A stretch of 64,000 bases of DNA from Patescibacteria group bacterium. Its GTDB lineage: Bacteria; Patescibacteriota; Minisyncoccia; Phycocordibacterales; CAIZLB01. Below the pieces are notes generated by a model that saw nothing but the letters and a program-made list of their open reading frames with translations, did not search any database and had not been told where the DNA came from. The number at the start of each line of letters is the position of its first letter. The first letter of the stretch is position 1. Made by a program: the position numbers and the translations under genes. This document shows positions 10,443 to 20,817 of this stretch, in pieces. The stretch lies in NCBI GenBank assembly GCA_040386515.1, contig JAZKFG010000002.1, forward strand, positions 79,074 through 143,073, given 5' to 3'.

Positions 10443-11762
10443 TTAGTTTACCTGAACGTATGTCTGGTACGTGTTGTCACTCTCATTTGATTCACTGATA
10501 TTATTTTGAGTATCAGTTACAAACATAATTCTATTACTTCCTCGACTTAGATTATAGCTATCGATTTCGTATTGAATAGTTGTCTCACTTCCTGATGATA
10601 ACCCAGATTCAGATCCTGGAACATAGTCTCGAGAATTTCCATTCGCATCAATTACTGAAATACGATTTGCCCAAGAGTTTGTGAAATAACTTCCATTATT
10701 TCTTACTTTGGCTCGAATAGCCAGTCTGTCGCCATAGTTTAAATAACTCTGTGCATAAAATGTACCATTTGTAATCTTTCCAGTTTCGAAAGAAATAATA
10801 TACAAGTTAGGCAGGTAAGAGTTATATGTAGTGTTGTTGTAATTACTGCAATATGTATTGTAGTTTGCACTATTTACATATCCAATTGATGAATAATAGG
10901 CACAGTTATAACTTACACCATTGGTATTATTGTTGTAATTATAATTAGTACCATAATTTGTATAAGGATTAGTATATGAGTTTGAATAATAATTATTCTG
11001 ATATACGTTTCTAAGTTCTGCAGAAAGTGTGTTATCACCCTCATTTGATTCGGCGATTTGATTATATGGATCTAGATTGATTCGTACAATCGGAGTTCCT
11101 TGTGAAAGATCAACGCCACTAAATCGTGCTTCGACAGTATATGTACTTTCTCCAGGAATACTATCAAGACTATTTAAAATCTTCACTCTATCTTCCGTAT
11201 CTATTGCAGGCATATCAACTCGTAGTGACCAAGGTCCTGTTGGAGTATCTTGTTCGTTTATAACAAGGAATCGAACTGAAATAGTATCTTGTGTATTAAA
11301 TGAATTAGCCGTCACATATTGTCCATTGGCATTAATGATTCCAATTGAAGAAAGACTTACGTGTAAGTTTTTTCTACCAGTCAGAACAGGGGCAGAAGGG
11401 TAATACGTGTATGAAGGAGTAGGTGAATATGTAACTGTTTTAGGTGCAGTTTGTGTCTTAGTTCCTGTCTTATTTGGAGTAGCCTCAAGAATAACTATAT
11501 CTCCTTTTGTTGTATATACACCATTTAGACCTGAATCAGTCACAGGAGCAGGGTTGGCTACCTGCTGAGGATATGTACTTGTAGCAGTAGTTGTTGCTAC
11601 GTTTGTTTGTCGGTCCGTTATAGCTACAGTGGCAGAGGCAAGCTGATTAATCCCTTTAGGTATAAGCTTAAATAGCGTCACACTTAAAAAGACTAGTATG
11701 CCGATTGCTATAGTTATAATGAGAAATCGAATGATTGTGCGTAATATTTCCATAATGCCCAT
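10443..11762 (-). CDS. Membrane-anchored surface protein, Asn/Tyr/Thr-rich, with two CARDB-like repeats
   Basis: N-terminal TM anchor; repeated E.NE.DN motifs (IAESNEGDNT, ISESNESDNT) typical of CARDB adhesion domains. Confidence 0.45.
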   Translation of the reverse strand: MGIMEILRTIIRFLIITIAIGILVFLSVTLFKLIPKGINQLASATVAITDRQTNVATTTATSTYPQQVANPAPVTDSGLNGVYTTKGDIVILEATPNKTGTKTQTAPKTVTYSPTPSYTYYPSAPVLTGRKNLHVSLSSIGIINANGQYVTANSFNTQDTISVRFLVINEQDTPTGPWSLRVDMPAIDTEDRVKILNSLDSIPGESTYTVEARFSGVDLSQGTPIVRINLDPYNQIAESNEGDNTLSAELRNVYQNNYYSNSYTNPYTNYGTNYNYNNNTNGVSYNCAYYSSIGYVNSANYNTYCSNYNNTTYNSYLPNLYIISFETGKITNGTFYAQSYLNYGDRLAIRAKVRNNGSYFTNSWANRISVIDANGNSRDYVPGSESGLSSGSETTIQYEIDSYNLSRGSNRIMFVTDTQNNISESNESDNTYQTYVQVN

Positions 11763-11820
11763 ACTATATACATATATTATGCAAATGTCAATAGGTAATC
11801 TATAGTATATTTAAGCTCAT

Positions 11821-12528
11821 ATGGCTCTTGATTTATTTACAAAAGAGGAGATTTGGATGGCAAAAAAGATTGCTAAATACGGTTTTATCCTATTAATTGC
11901 AACAGGTATTATTACCAGTCTAATCCGTGTCACTTTAGTGTATATAACTGATGGTCAAACAGGATTGCAAAACCTCATAAAAAAAGAAGCTAAGACTGAG
12001 CAAACAAATGCTCCTGAACAAAACCTAAAAGATACACTTCTGGTCAAAAAGGAAACTCAGGCACTCCCTACTCAAGTTGTTGCTGGAAAAGTTGAGGCGC
12101 CACTCTCTCTTGAGGTTCCGACTCTCGGCATAAAAACAGTAATTGAATCTCCTGAGACTACGAACGTGGACACTTTAGATAGTGCCCTCAGTAGATCTGC
12201 CGTGTACTATCAAGGTTCAGGAACACCAGGAAGTGGAAATATGCTTATTTTCGGTCACAGCACAGGATTTAAAATTGTACGTAATCAGGCCTATAAAGTA
12301 TTTAATAATCTGAAGCTTGCCAAAGTTGGTGCATACATTTATGTAAAAACTGCCAGCGGAACACATACGTATAAAGTTCGAGGCGTAAAGCATGTAAGTA
12401 AATATGACACATGGATTAATTTCCAAAGTAATACGTCTATGCTTACGCTTGCAACATGTGATAGTTTTGGAAAATCATCAGACCGATGGATTTTGGAGGC
12501 AGATTATGTTGGATTTACGGGGAATTAG
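11821..12528 (+). CDS. Sortase family transpeptidase
   Basis: N-terminal TM segment, conserved His (LIFGHST) and catalytic TLxTC (LTLATCD) followed by a conserved Arg (SSDRW). Confidence 0.7.
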   Translation: MALDLFTKEEIWMAKKIAKYGFILLIATGIITSLIRVTLVYITDGQTGLQNLIKKEAKTEQTNAPEQNLKDTLLVKKETQALPTQVVAGKVEAPLSLEVPTLGIKTVIESPETTNVDTLDSALSRSAVYYQGSGTPGSGNMLIFGHSTGFKIVRNQAYKVFNNLKLAKVGAYIYVKTASGTHTYKVRGVKHVSKYDTWINFQSNTSMLTLATCDSFGKSSDRWILEADYVGFTGN

Positions 12529-12549
12529 ATAGTGTGTTAGTATACAGAA

Positions 12550-14670
12550 ATGGCTCTACCAGAAAAGTACAAATCCCCATATGATGCAAGTCTAGTTGAG
12601 GAATCTATATATAAGAAAGAAACTGAATCAGGTTTTTTTACACCTGAAAATCTGGTCAAGGCTTATCCTTCAAGATATGAAAAAAGTGAGGCATGGACTA
12701 CGATTACACCCCCGCCAAACGCAAACGGGCATTTGCATGCAGGTCATGCCCTTGATGTAACGCTCAAAGATGTTATTGGGAGATTTCACCGTATGAATAA
12801 TAAGAGAGTGCTGATGATTCCAGGATCTGATCATGCTGGTTTTGAAACACAGGTAGTATATGAAAAGAAGCTGGAAAAAGAAGGGCGAAGCAGATTTGGT
12901 ATGGATAGAGATCTTTTGTATAAAGAGATTTATGATTTTACTATTGCAAACAAAGATACTGTAGCAGGGGAGGTAAAAAGAATTGGTGCATCATATGACT
13001 GGAGTCGAGATACATTTACCCTTGATGCAAAAGTTGTAACTGGCGTACAGGATACATTTATAAAAATGTATAATGACGGATTGATTTACCGAAGCAAGAG
13101 AGATGTGAACTGGTGTAGTAAGCATCAGACTTCTTTATCTGATTTAGAGACTACAAATAAAGAGATGACTGATACGTTTTATACATTTAAGATTGGTGAA
13201 TTTTTGATTGGTACATCACGACCTGAAACTAAGTTCGGGGATAAATATATTGTCGTACATCCTGAAGATGCTCGATACAGTAAGTATACTCAGGGCGATA
13301 CCTTTGAGGCTGAATGGATTCTTGGTCCAACAAAGTTTACTATCATAAAAGATGAATCAATTGATATGGAATTCGGAACTGGAGCCATGACTATTACTCC
13401 ATGGCACTCTGGAATTGATTTTCAAATTGCTAAAAAATATAATCTTGATATGGTTCAGGTTATTGATGAGAATGGAAAGCTTATGGATATTGCAGGTGAG
13501 CTAAAAGGACTTCGAGCAATCACAGAAGGGCGAAAGCGAACTGTTGAGATTCTTGAACAAAAAGGATTGCTTGTTGAGAAAAATGAAAAATACACGCACG
13601 TAGTGCCTGTATGTTACAAATGTGAAACTCCTATTGAGCCACAGCTTAAAGATCAATGGTTTGTTAAAATGGCTCCACTTGCCGAGAAGGCACTCGAAGC
13701 ATCAACGAAAGGTGAGATCGACTTCGTTACAGACCAGTTCAGAAAAACATATGAGTATTGGATGAGTAATCCTATAGACTGGAATATTTCACGACAAATT
13801 GTATGGGGTATTCGAATTCCGGCATGGTTTAAAAACAAGGGAACTGACACTGAAGAATATTATATCGGTCATGATAATCCAGGAGGAGAGTGGATTCAAG
13901 ATATTGATACATTTGATACATGGTTTTCATCTGGTCAGTGGCCAGTAGCTACGCTTGGTTTTGTTGGTGCTGATGATTTTAAAACATATTATCCAACACA
14001 GCTTATGGAGACAGGTCGGGATTTGATTTTTAAATGGGTACCACGAATGGTTATTTTCGGATTATATCTAACTGACTATAAACAAGTTCCATTTAAAGAT
14101 ATTTATCTTCACGGCATGGTATTGGATCCAAAAGGACAAAAAATGAGTAAATCAAAGGGTAATGTGATGAGTCCTATTGAACTTGCAGATGAGTTTGGAA
14201 TGGACGCACTCAGAATGGCTCTTGTTGTAGGTACTACTCCTGGCAGTGATCAGTCTATGTCTAAAGATAAAGTTAGAGCGTATAAGAAGTTTGTAAATAA
14301 GCTTTGGAATATTTCTCGATTTGTTTTGGAGAATACAGATAATGAAAATGAATGGGATAAGTCAATAATAGATAATGAATATATTAACAAACTGGAAAAT
14401 GTAAAAATGAATATTGGATTATATATTGAAAAATATCAATTACATCTTGCTTCTGAAGAACTATACCACTACGTATGGCATGAGTTTGCAGATGTTGTGA
14501 TCGAAGATGTTAAGAAAGATTTGACTGATGCAAACAAAGCAATGCTTCGATATATGCTCAAAGAAATTCTGACAATGGCGCATCCGTTTATGCCATTTGT
14601 AACAGAAGAGATTTGGAGCGATGTGAGAAATGATGGGGAGGTAGAGCTTCTTCTTGTTAAAGAATGGTAG
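12550..14670 (+). CDS. valS: Valine--tRNA ligase (short form without the C-terminal coiled coil)
   Basis: PPPNANGHLHAGHAL (HIGH), KMSKSKGNV (KMSKS) and WNISRQIVWGIRIPAW (the WCISRQ motif of ValRS). Confidence 0.75.
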   Translation: MALPEKYKSPYDASLVEESIYKKETESGFFTPENLVKAYPSRYEKSEAWTTITPPPNANGHLHAGHALDVTLKDVIGRFHRMNNKRVLMIPGSDHAGFETQVVYEKKLEKEGRSRFGMDRDLLYKEIYDFTIANKDTVAGEVKRIGASYDWSRDTFTLDAKVVTGVQDTFIKMYNDGLIYRSKRDVNWCSKHQTSLSDLETTNKEMTDTFYTFKIGEFLIGTSRPETKFGDKYIVVHPEDARYSKYTQGDTFEAEWILGPTKFTIIKDESIDMEFGTGAMTITPWHSGIDFQIAKKYNLDMVQVIDENGKLMDIAGELKGLRAITEGRKRTVEILEQKGLLVEKNEKYTHVVPVCYKCETPIEPQLKDQWFVKMAPLAEKALEASTKGEIDFVTDQFRKTYEYWMSNPIDWNISRQIVWGIRIPAWFKNKGTDTEEYYIGHDNPGGEWIQDIDTFDTWFSSGQWPVATLGFVGADDFKTYYPTQLMETGRDLIFKWVPRMVIFGLYLTDYKQVPFKDIYLHGMVLDPKGQKMSKSKGNVMSPIELADEFGMDALRMALVVGTTPGSDQSMSKDKVRAYKKFVNKLWNISRFVLENTDNENEWDKSIIDNEYINKLENVKMNIGLYIEKYQLHLASEELYHYVWHEFADVVIEDVKKDLTDANKAMLRYMLKEILTMAHPFMPFVTEEIWSDVRNDGEVELLLVKEW

Positions 14671-14696
14671 TTGTTGAAATATGCTATCATTAACCT

Positions 14697-15458
14697 ATGA
14701 ACAAAATAGTTGCTTTTGATCTCGACGGGACGCTCGCTGAAAGTAAACAAGCCATAACACACGAAGTGGCAACTATTCTTTATTCTCTATCACTCAAGAC
14801 AAAAGTTATTATTATCTCAGGCGGATCGTATGAACAATTCACAAAACAATTTGTTCCAGGAATAGTAAACGCTGCAAAAGTAAAAGGCAACACTCGAGGA
14901 CTTGAAAACGTTATTCTCATGCCAACAAATGGAAGCAAAAGATACGAGTATGATGTTGATATGCATATGTGGAAAGAAACACAAATGTATCCATTTAATG
15001 AAGAAATTAAAAAGAAAGTAATGCTTGAATTGAATTCAATTATTGCTGGAAATTTTGATGTACCCCGAAATCACTATGGAGAGTATATTGAAGATAGAGT
15101 GACGCAGATTACATTCTCAGCTCTAGGACAAACCGCACCACTTGAAGAAAAAAGTATATGGGACCCAACTCGATCAAAGAGATTGAAAATAAAAGAAGTT
15201 CTTGAGAAAGCAATTCCTGAAATACAAGCACATGTTGGAGGTATGACTTCTATTGATATTCTTCCAAAAAATTTTAACAAAGCTACAGGACTTCTTAGAT
15301 ATTTATCAGAAGAAAAATTATCAATACACGATATGCTATTTATTGGTGATGCAATTTTCGAAGGAGGGAATGATTACTCACCGCTTCAAGCCGGAATAGA
15401 AACTAAAAAAACATCAGGTCCAAAAGAAACAGTGGAGATCATGCAAACATTGCTTTAA
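14697..15458 (+). CDS. HAD-IIB hydrolase, eukaryote-type phosphomannomutase (PMM) family
   Basis: VAFDLDGTL HAD motif I; C-terminal FIGDAIFEGGNDYSP resembles the PMM motif F/GDKT..GGNDYEI. Confidence 0.6.
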   Translation: MNKIVAFDLDGTLAESKQAITHEVATILYSLSLKTKVIIISGGSYEQFTKQFVPGIVNAAKVKGNTRGLENVILMPTNGSKRYEYDVDMHMWKETQMYPFNEEIKKKVMLELNSIIAGNFDVPRNHYGEYIEDRVTQITFSALGQTAPLEEKSIWDPTRSKRLKIKEVLEKAIPEIQAHVGGMTSIDILPKNFNKATGLLRYLSEEKLSIHDMLFIGDAIFEGGNDYSPLQAGIETKKTSGPKETVEIMQTLL

Positions 15459-15487
15459 GTCGAATAATAAAGGTAAAATGAATACTA

Positions 15488-15847
15488 ATGACAGACATAC
15501 GGAAAGACATATACCAAGAAAGTCGACCATGGGGTAATTTCCGTCGATTTACTCTTAATAGTCCATCAACAGTTAAAATAATTGAAGTTTTGCCAGGGCA
15601 AAGTTTAAGTCTTCAAACTCACACAGCTCGAGGTGAATTTTGGCGTATACTTTCTGGAACTGGAACTGTCGAAATAGATGAAAAGCCAATACGTGCAAAA
15701 AAGGGCGATGAATTTTTTATTGAAACAGGAATGAAGCATAGAGCATTTACAGAAACTGATACATTGGAAATATTAGAAATCGCAGTAGGAGAGTTTGATG
15801 AAAATGACATAACTCGCTTTGAAGATAAATACGGAAGGACTAAGTAA
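15488..15847 (+). CDS. Cupin-family mannose-6-phosphate isomerase-like protein (COG0662 type)
   Basis: RPWGNF...SLQTHTARGEFWRILSGTGTVEI matches the cupin PMI/GMP C-terminal domain signature. Confidence 0.65.
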   Translation: MTDIRKDIYQESRPWGNFRRFTLNSPSTVKIIEVLPGQSLSLQTHTARGEFWRILSGTGTVEIDEKPIRAKKGDEFFIETGMKHRAFTETDTLEILEIAVGEFDENDITRFEDKYGRTK

Positions 15848-15861
15848 CATTTACACAAATC

Positions 15862-16968
15862 ATGTTTCAATTATCAAGAGTAGGGAATAAACCAGTATTA
15901 CAGCCTGATAAAAATATCTTTTGGGAAACAGAAGGTGTTTTTAATGCAGGTGTAACTGAGTTTGAGGGAAAGAATGGAAAAGAAATACTCATGCTCTATA
16001 GAGCAGTTGGGGAAAAGGATGCGTATGTATCACATTTTGGATTGGCCACAAGTAAAGATGGTATTACATTTGAAAGAGTAACAGATAAGCCAGTATTCGG
16101 TCCTTCAAAGCCGTATGACTTATGGGCAACTGAAGATCCTCGTATTACAAAAATAGAAGATGAATATTATATTACGTATGTTGCAGTGGCAGATAGAATT
16201 ATGGATCATGGTCGAAGTATTGAAAGAGAAATTCCTCTTGAAACTCGTACAGCCCTTTTGAAAACAAAAGACTTTTTAACATATGAACATTTAGGAATTA
16301 TTACACCTCCAGGTGCTGATGATAAGGATACTGTGTTATTTCCAAAAAAAATTCCATGCATTGATCCATCTGGAAATATGCGTATGCGATATGGAATGCT
16401 TCATCGACCGCATCGATGGTCAAAAGATTGGCTACATGGACCTTTTGCTGCTAAAGTTCCTATTGAACTTCCTTTTACAATTGATGATATGCCGCAAAAG
16501 CCAAGTGTATGGATTGCGTGGTCTGATGATTTAATTCATTGGGATATGCACACGCCTCTCATGAAGCCGGCACAAGTGAGTGCTGCTAAAAACGGTCCAG
16601 GTCTGCCACCAATTGAAACACCAGATGGATGGCTGGTTATTTATCATCATGTGACTGAAGATCCTTTAACAAAACGCCTTACCTATACTGCTCGAGCAGC
16701 ACTGTTTGAGCTTGAAAATCCTACAAAATATGTAGGAAAATTGGCATATAATATATTATCCCCTGAGGTATCCTTTGAAACGGAGCATGGAGCAGCTATT
16801 GTTTTCCCGACTGGAGGATTTGTAAAAGATGATATACTATATGTATATTATGGCTGCTCTGATACATATATAGCCTTGGCAACAGGGTCATTATCAGAGC
16901 TTATTGCAGAATTAAAAAAAGCTGGTCCTCCGGCTCCTGTAACAACTATTGCCCCTATTATCCGCTAA
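15862..16968 (+). CDS. Glycoside hydrolase family 130-like protein (beta-mannoside phosphorylase family)
   Basis: FNAGV..LYRAVGE..GLATSKDGITFERV..EDPRITKIEDEYYITY pattern typical of GH130. Confidence 0.6.
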   Translation: MFQLSRVGNKPVLQPDKNIFWETEGVFNAGVTEFEGKNGKEILMLYRAVGEKDAYVSHFGLATSKDGITFERVTDKPVFGPSKPYDLWATEDPRITKIEDEYYITYVAVADRIMDHGRSIEREIPLETRTALLKTKDFLTYEHLGIITPPGADDKDTVLFPKKIPCIDPSGNMRMRYGMLHRPHRWSKDWLHGPFAAKVPIELPFTIDDMPQKPSVWIAWSDDLIHWDMHTPLMKPAQVSAAKNGPGLPPIETPDGWLVIYHHVTEDPLTKRLTYTARAALFELENPTKYVGKLAYNILSPEVSFETEHGAAIVFPTGGFVKDDILYVYYGCSDTYIALATGSLSELIAELKKAGPPAPVTTIAPIIR

Positions 16969-16982
16969 TCAATACATCACAC

Positions 16983-19277
16983 ATGCCGCCACACCAACAA
17001 AAAACTAAAAATGATGCAATGTGGATTGTCTTCATGACAACTTTTCCACCTCGAGAATGTGGACTTGCAACATTTACAGCAGACTTGATAGATAGTTTTG
17101 ATAAGCTATTTTCTCCTCAAGAGGAAACTAAGGTTATTGCTATGGAGACTGAGTCTTCGGAAAATGCAGTAACTGGCGTTCCTGTTACAGACCCAAAAGT
17201 TATTTTTAGGATTTCTGAAAATAAAAAAGAAGATTATGTTGCTGCTGCGACGTATGTAAATAACTTGCCCCAAGTGAAAGTTGTCTCAATTCAACACGAG
17301 TTTGGCATTTACGGACAAAATGACGGAGAAAATGTTTTAGTTTTTTTAGAGGAAGTTAAAAAGCCGGTTGCAGTTACATTTCATACTGTGCTTCCTCGAC
17401 CATCGGAACATATTTTGCATATTGTGCAAGAGATTGGGAAAAAAGCAGAGCATATGATTGTTATGACTCAAAATTCTAAACTACTTCTTGAGACAGTCTA
17501 TGCAATTCCTTCAGAAAAAATTAAAGTTATTGCGCATGGTATTCATGCGTTGCCATACACTGAGTCACCAAGCATAAAGAAAATGCTGGACGCCAAGAAA
17601 ATGCCAAAGCTCGGAGAGCTTTCTGGAAAAAAAGTTATTTCTACATTTGGATTATTAAACAGAGGAAAGGGAATTGAGTTTGCAATCGATGCTTTGCCTG
17701 CAATCGTGAAAGAATTTCCTGAAACTCAATATCTTATTCTTGGAGCAACGCATCCAGTAGTATTTCGAAGAGAAGGGTCGGTATATTTAAATCAACTAAG
17801 ACAAAAAGCAGAAGCGCTCGGTGTACTTGAACATATTACATTTTACGATTCATATATAGAAACAAAGGATTTGCTGACATTTTTACAAGCGACTGATATA
17901 TATCTTTCACTTTCACAAAATCCTGATCAAGCAGTGTCAGGAACACTTACATATGCCCTTGGAGCAGGGAGAACAGTTGTATCAACGCCTTTTATGCAGG
18001 CTAAAGAAGTGATCACAGATGAGGTTGGTAGGCTTATTGAATTTAATGATAGCTCTACAATTGCCGATGCTGTAATTACGTTATTTAAAGATCAGAACGA
18101 TTTGAAAAATAAAAGTAAGGCGGCTTATTTTAGAACGAGAGGAATGGTTTGGCCAAATATTGCTCTTTCGTATATGCAAGAATTTATATCAGTATCGCCT
18201 GAACTTGCACTCAAAGAAAAAGCTTTGCCTCCATTAGACTTTTCGCACATTAAACATATGACGGATGATTTTGCCATGTTTCAGTTTGCAGTTTTTACTG
18301 AGCCTTCACCTGAGTCAGGATATACGCTTGATGACAATGCGAGGTCTCTTGTATGCATGGTCTGGGCAACTGATGAGCTTGGGAAACATGAAAGTGAAGT
18401 AAAATTGGCGGATACATATTTATCATTCCTAGAAACAGCTTCGCTTCCTGGAGGATTTGTAAATTATTATGACGTTGATCGAATAGAAAATCATGCAAAA
18501 AATTCTACAGAAAATCTTGAAGATTCAAATGCGCGAGCGCTTTGGGCAATTGCTGAAGTGTATGCAAGTTCAATAGGGGATGCAATAGAGGTACGGGCAT
18601 TCAATCTGTTCATGCATCAATTTGCGCATCATACTCGGGTGACATCACCGCGTGCTGCTGCATTCTATATCAAGGCTTTTTCTGTTTGGCTCTCTAAAGG
18701 GAAAGCAACTGAAGATGTGAAAGCACTTTTGATAGGACACATGACATATTATGCAGATTTTCTTATGTCTATTCTGCATGATAATGAGACATCAGATTGG
18801 ATTTGGTTTGAAAGTGCTATGACATATTCAAATGCAATTTTGCCTGAAGCGCTTTTCTTGGCATATACATGGACAAAATACGAACATTATCTCGCAGCTG
18901 CTAAACGAACTATGGATTTCTTAATACTACATTCATTCGACAATGATATGTGTGTGCCCATAGGACAAGCTGGATGGTTCAAGAGAGGTGGTGTAAAGCA
19001 ACCTTTTGATCAACAGCCGGAAGAAGTATCCGCACTCGTTCTCGGGCTGTACACTGCCTTTACCGTTTCAAAAGATGAAAAATATCAGACGTATATGAAC
19101 AGTGCCTTTGACTGGTTCCTTGGAAAGAATATTATTGGCCAAGTTATATATTCTCATGCTACGGGAGGGTGTTATGATGGGCTTGGAAATACCTATATAA
19201 ACCTTAATCAAGGGGCAGAATCAACCGTTTCATATCTTTTGGCTCGTCTTATAATGGAAAAATCGAAAAAAATATAA
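16983..19277 (+). CDS. Bifunctional-looking protein: an N-terminal GT4 glycosyltransferase (about 400 aa) fused to a C-terminal domain of unknown function (about 350 aa), possibly an alpha/alpha-toroid glycosidase-like fold
   Basis: GT4 hallmarks are present (the FPPRECGLATF start and an E-x7-E-like region around ALGAGRTVVSTPF). The C-terminal half has no recognisable motif. Confidence 0.5.
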   Translation: MPPHQQKTKNDAMWIVFMTTFPPRECGLATFTADLIDSFDKLFSPQEETKVIAMETESSENAVTGVPVTDPKVIFRISENKKEDYVAAATYVNNLPQVKVVSIQHEFGIYGQNDGENVLVFLEEVKKPVAVTFHTVLPRPSEHILHIVQEIGKKAEHMIVMTQNSKLLLETVYAIPSEKIKVIAHGIHALPYTESPSIKKMLDAKKMPKLGELSGKKVISTFGLLNRGKGIEFAIDALPAIVKEFPETQYLILGATHPVVFRREGSVYLNQLRQKAEALGVLEHITFYDSYIETKDLLTFLQATDIYLSLSQNPDQAVSGTLTYALGAGRTVVSTPFMQAKEVITDEVGRLIEFNDSSTIADAVITLFKDQNDLKNKSKAAYFRTRGMVWPNIALSYMQEFISVSPELALKEKALPPLDFSHIKHMTDDFAMFQFAVFTEPSPESGYTLDDNARSLVCMVWATDELGKHESEVKLADTYLSFLETASLPGGFVNYYDVDRIENHAKNSTENLEDSNARALWAIAEVYASSIGDAIEVRAFNLFMHQFAHHTRVTSPRAAAFYIKAFSVWLSKGKATEDVKALLIGHMTYYADFLMSILHDNETSDWIWFESAMTYSNAILPEALFLAYTWTKYEHYLAAAKRTMDFLILHSFDNDMCVPIGQAGWFKRGGVKQPFDQQPEEVSALVLGLYTAFTVSKDEKYQTYMNSAFDWFLGKNIIGQVIYSHATGGCYDGLGNTYINLNQGAESTVSYLLARLIMEKSKKI

Positions 19278-19296
19278 CCGTGCTATAATCCGGTGT

Positions 19297-20772
19297 ATGC
19301 TCCAATCAACCGCCCTCGACATACTCAAAACCGGCGCATCAGTTTTCCTTACCGGAGAACCTGGTTCAGGAAAAAGTTATACCATACGTCAGTATGTGGA
19401 TTTTTTGGCTGCAAATCATGTGTATGCATCGGTTACTGCTAGTACAGGTATTGCTGCTACGCATATTGGAGGAATGACTATTCACTCATGGGGAGGTATT
19501 GGCATTAAAGAATCTTTAAGTGTGTATGACATTGAAGCGCTTCATGAAAAGGAATATATTGTGAAGCGAATGCTTAAAGCTAAGGTTTTAATTATTGATG
19601 AGATTTCAATGTTGAGTGGAAATACATTTGATATGATTAATGCAGTTTGTAAAAGCGTTCGGCAAGTGCCTGACAAGCCATTCGGAGGATTGCAGGTAAT
19701 ATGTGTAGGAGACTTTTTTCAGCTTCCGCCTATTATTAAAAAAAATACAAACAGCCTTGAGCTCTTTGAAGATAATGGTTTTGTATTTTCTAGTTCTGCC
19801 TGGAGAGAGCTTAAACCATTGACATGCTACTTGACAGAACAGCATAGACAAAGCGATGCAGAGTTTATGAAAGCGCTTGCACAAATAAGAAACAATACCG
19901 TTGATGAAGAAACGCATAGTATTTTGCGCACCAGAGTTGTACGAGAGAAAACTGATTTGCCTGATGCTACAAAATTATATTCACACAACTCGCATGTTGA
20001 TACGGTAAATACACGAGAGATTGGCAAGCTTGATGGTAAAATAAAGATCTATGAAATGACTACTAAAGGGAAGGACACAATGACTGCAACACTTATTAAA
20101 AGCTGTTTGTCACCTGAAAAGCTTGAACTTAAAATCGGAGCTAAAGTTATGTTTACTAAAAACAATCCTGATAAAGGTTTTGTAAATGGTACGACAGGAA
20201 CTATTGTTGAATTCCATTTTGATATGCCGCGAGTTAAAGTGGCAAATGGCATGACTATAGATGTTGAGCCAATGGATTGGAGTATTATGGATCAAGGAAG
20301 GGTGTTGGCATCAATTACTCAAATTCCACTTCGGCTGGCATGGGCAATTACTATTCACAAAAGCCAAGGCATGAGTTTGGACGCGGCTATTATGGATCTT
20401 TCACAAGTGTTTGAATATGGGCAAGGTTATGTTGCGCTTTCACGTGTTCGGACACTGCAGGGATTGCATGTCATAGGATATAACGATAGAGCTCTTGAAG
20501 TTCACCCGCGAGTACAGGAAGAAGATCAGCTATTTAAAGAACAATCACAGGAAGCTGAGTTACGCATTTTCCAAATGGATAAAGGGGAGCTTAAAAGAAT
20601 TCAAGAAAGATATATTGGCTCTATTGCCGGAGCTCCTAAAAAAGAAGAAAAAGAGCCTAAGAAAACATCAGGATTCAAGGCTCGGGGTGGATGGAAAACT
20701 AAAAAGAAAAAGGAGGTAAATCTTGATGATGTGTATAAAGTTGAATATGAAGGGGATGGAGATGTTTGGTAA
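19297..20772 (+). CDS. RecD/PIF1-like superfamily 1 DNA helicase with a Lys-rich C-terminal tail
   Basis: Walker A LTGEPGSGKSY, Walker B VLIIDEISM, and the QLPPI and AITIHKSQGMSLD motifs of RecD/TraA/PIF1 helicases. Confidence 0.7.
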   Translation: MLQSTALDILKTGASVFLTGEPGSGKSYTIRQYVDFLAANHVYASVTASTGIAATHIGGMTIHSWGGIGIKESLSVYDIEALHEKEYIVKRMLKAKVLIIDEISMLSGNTFDMINAVCKSVRQVPDKPFGGLQVICVGDFFQLPPIIKKNTNSLELFEDNGFVFSSSAWRELKPLTCYLTEQHRQSDAEFMKALAQIRNNTVDEETHSILRTRVVREKTDLPDATKLYSHNSHVDTVNTREIGKLDGKIKIYEMTTKGKDTMTATLIKSCLSPEKLELKIGAKVMFTKNNPDKGFVNGTTGTIVEFHFDMPRVKVANGMTIDVEPMDWSIMDQGRVLASITQIPLRLAWAITIHKSQGMSLDAAIMDLSQVFEYGQGYVALSRVRTLQGLHVIGYNDRALEVHPRVQEEDQLFKEQSQEAELRIFQMDKGELKRIQERYIGSIAGAPKKEEKEPKKTSGFKARGGWKTKKKKEVNLDDVYKVEYEGDGDVW

Positions 20773-20817
20773 TTACTATGGACTTTTATTATAAAAAATA
20801 TTTGATATACTATATAT

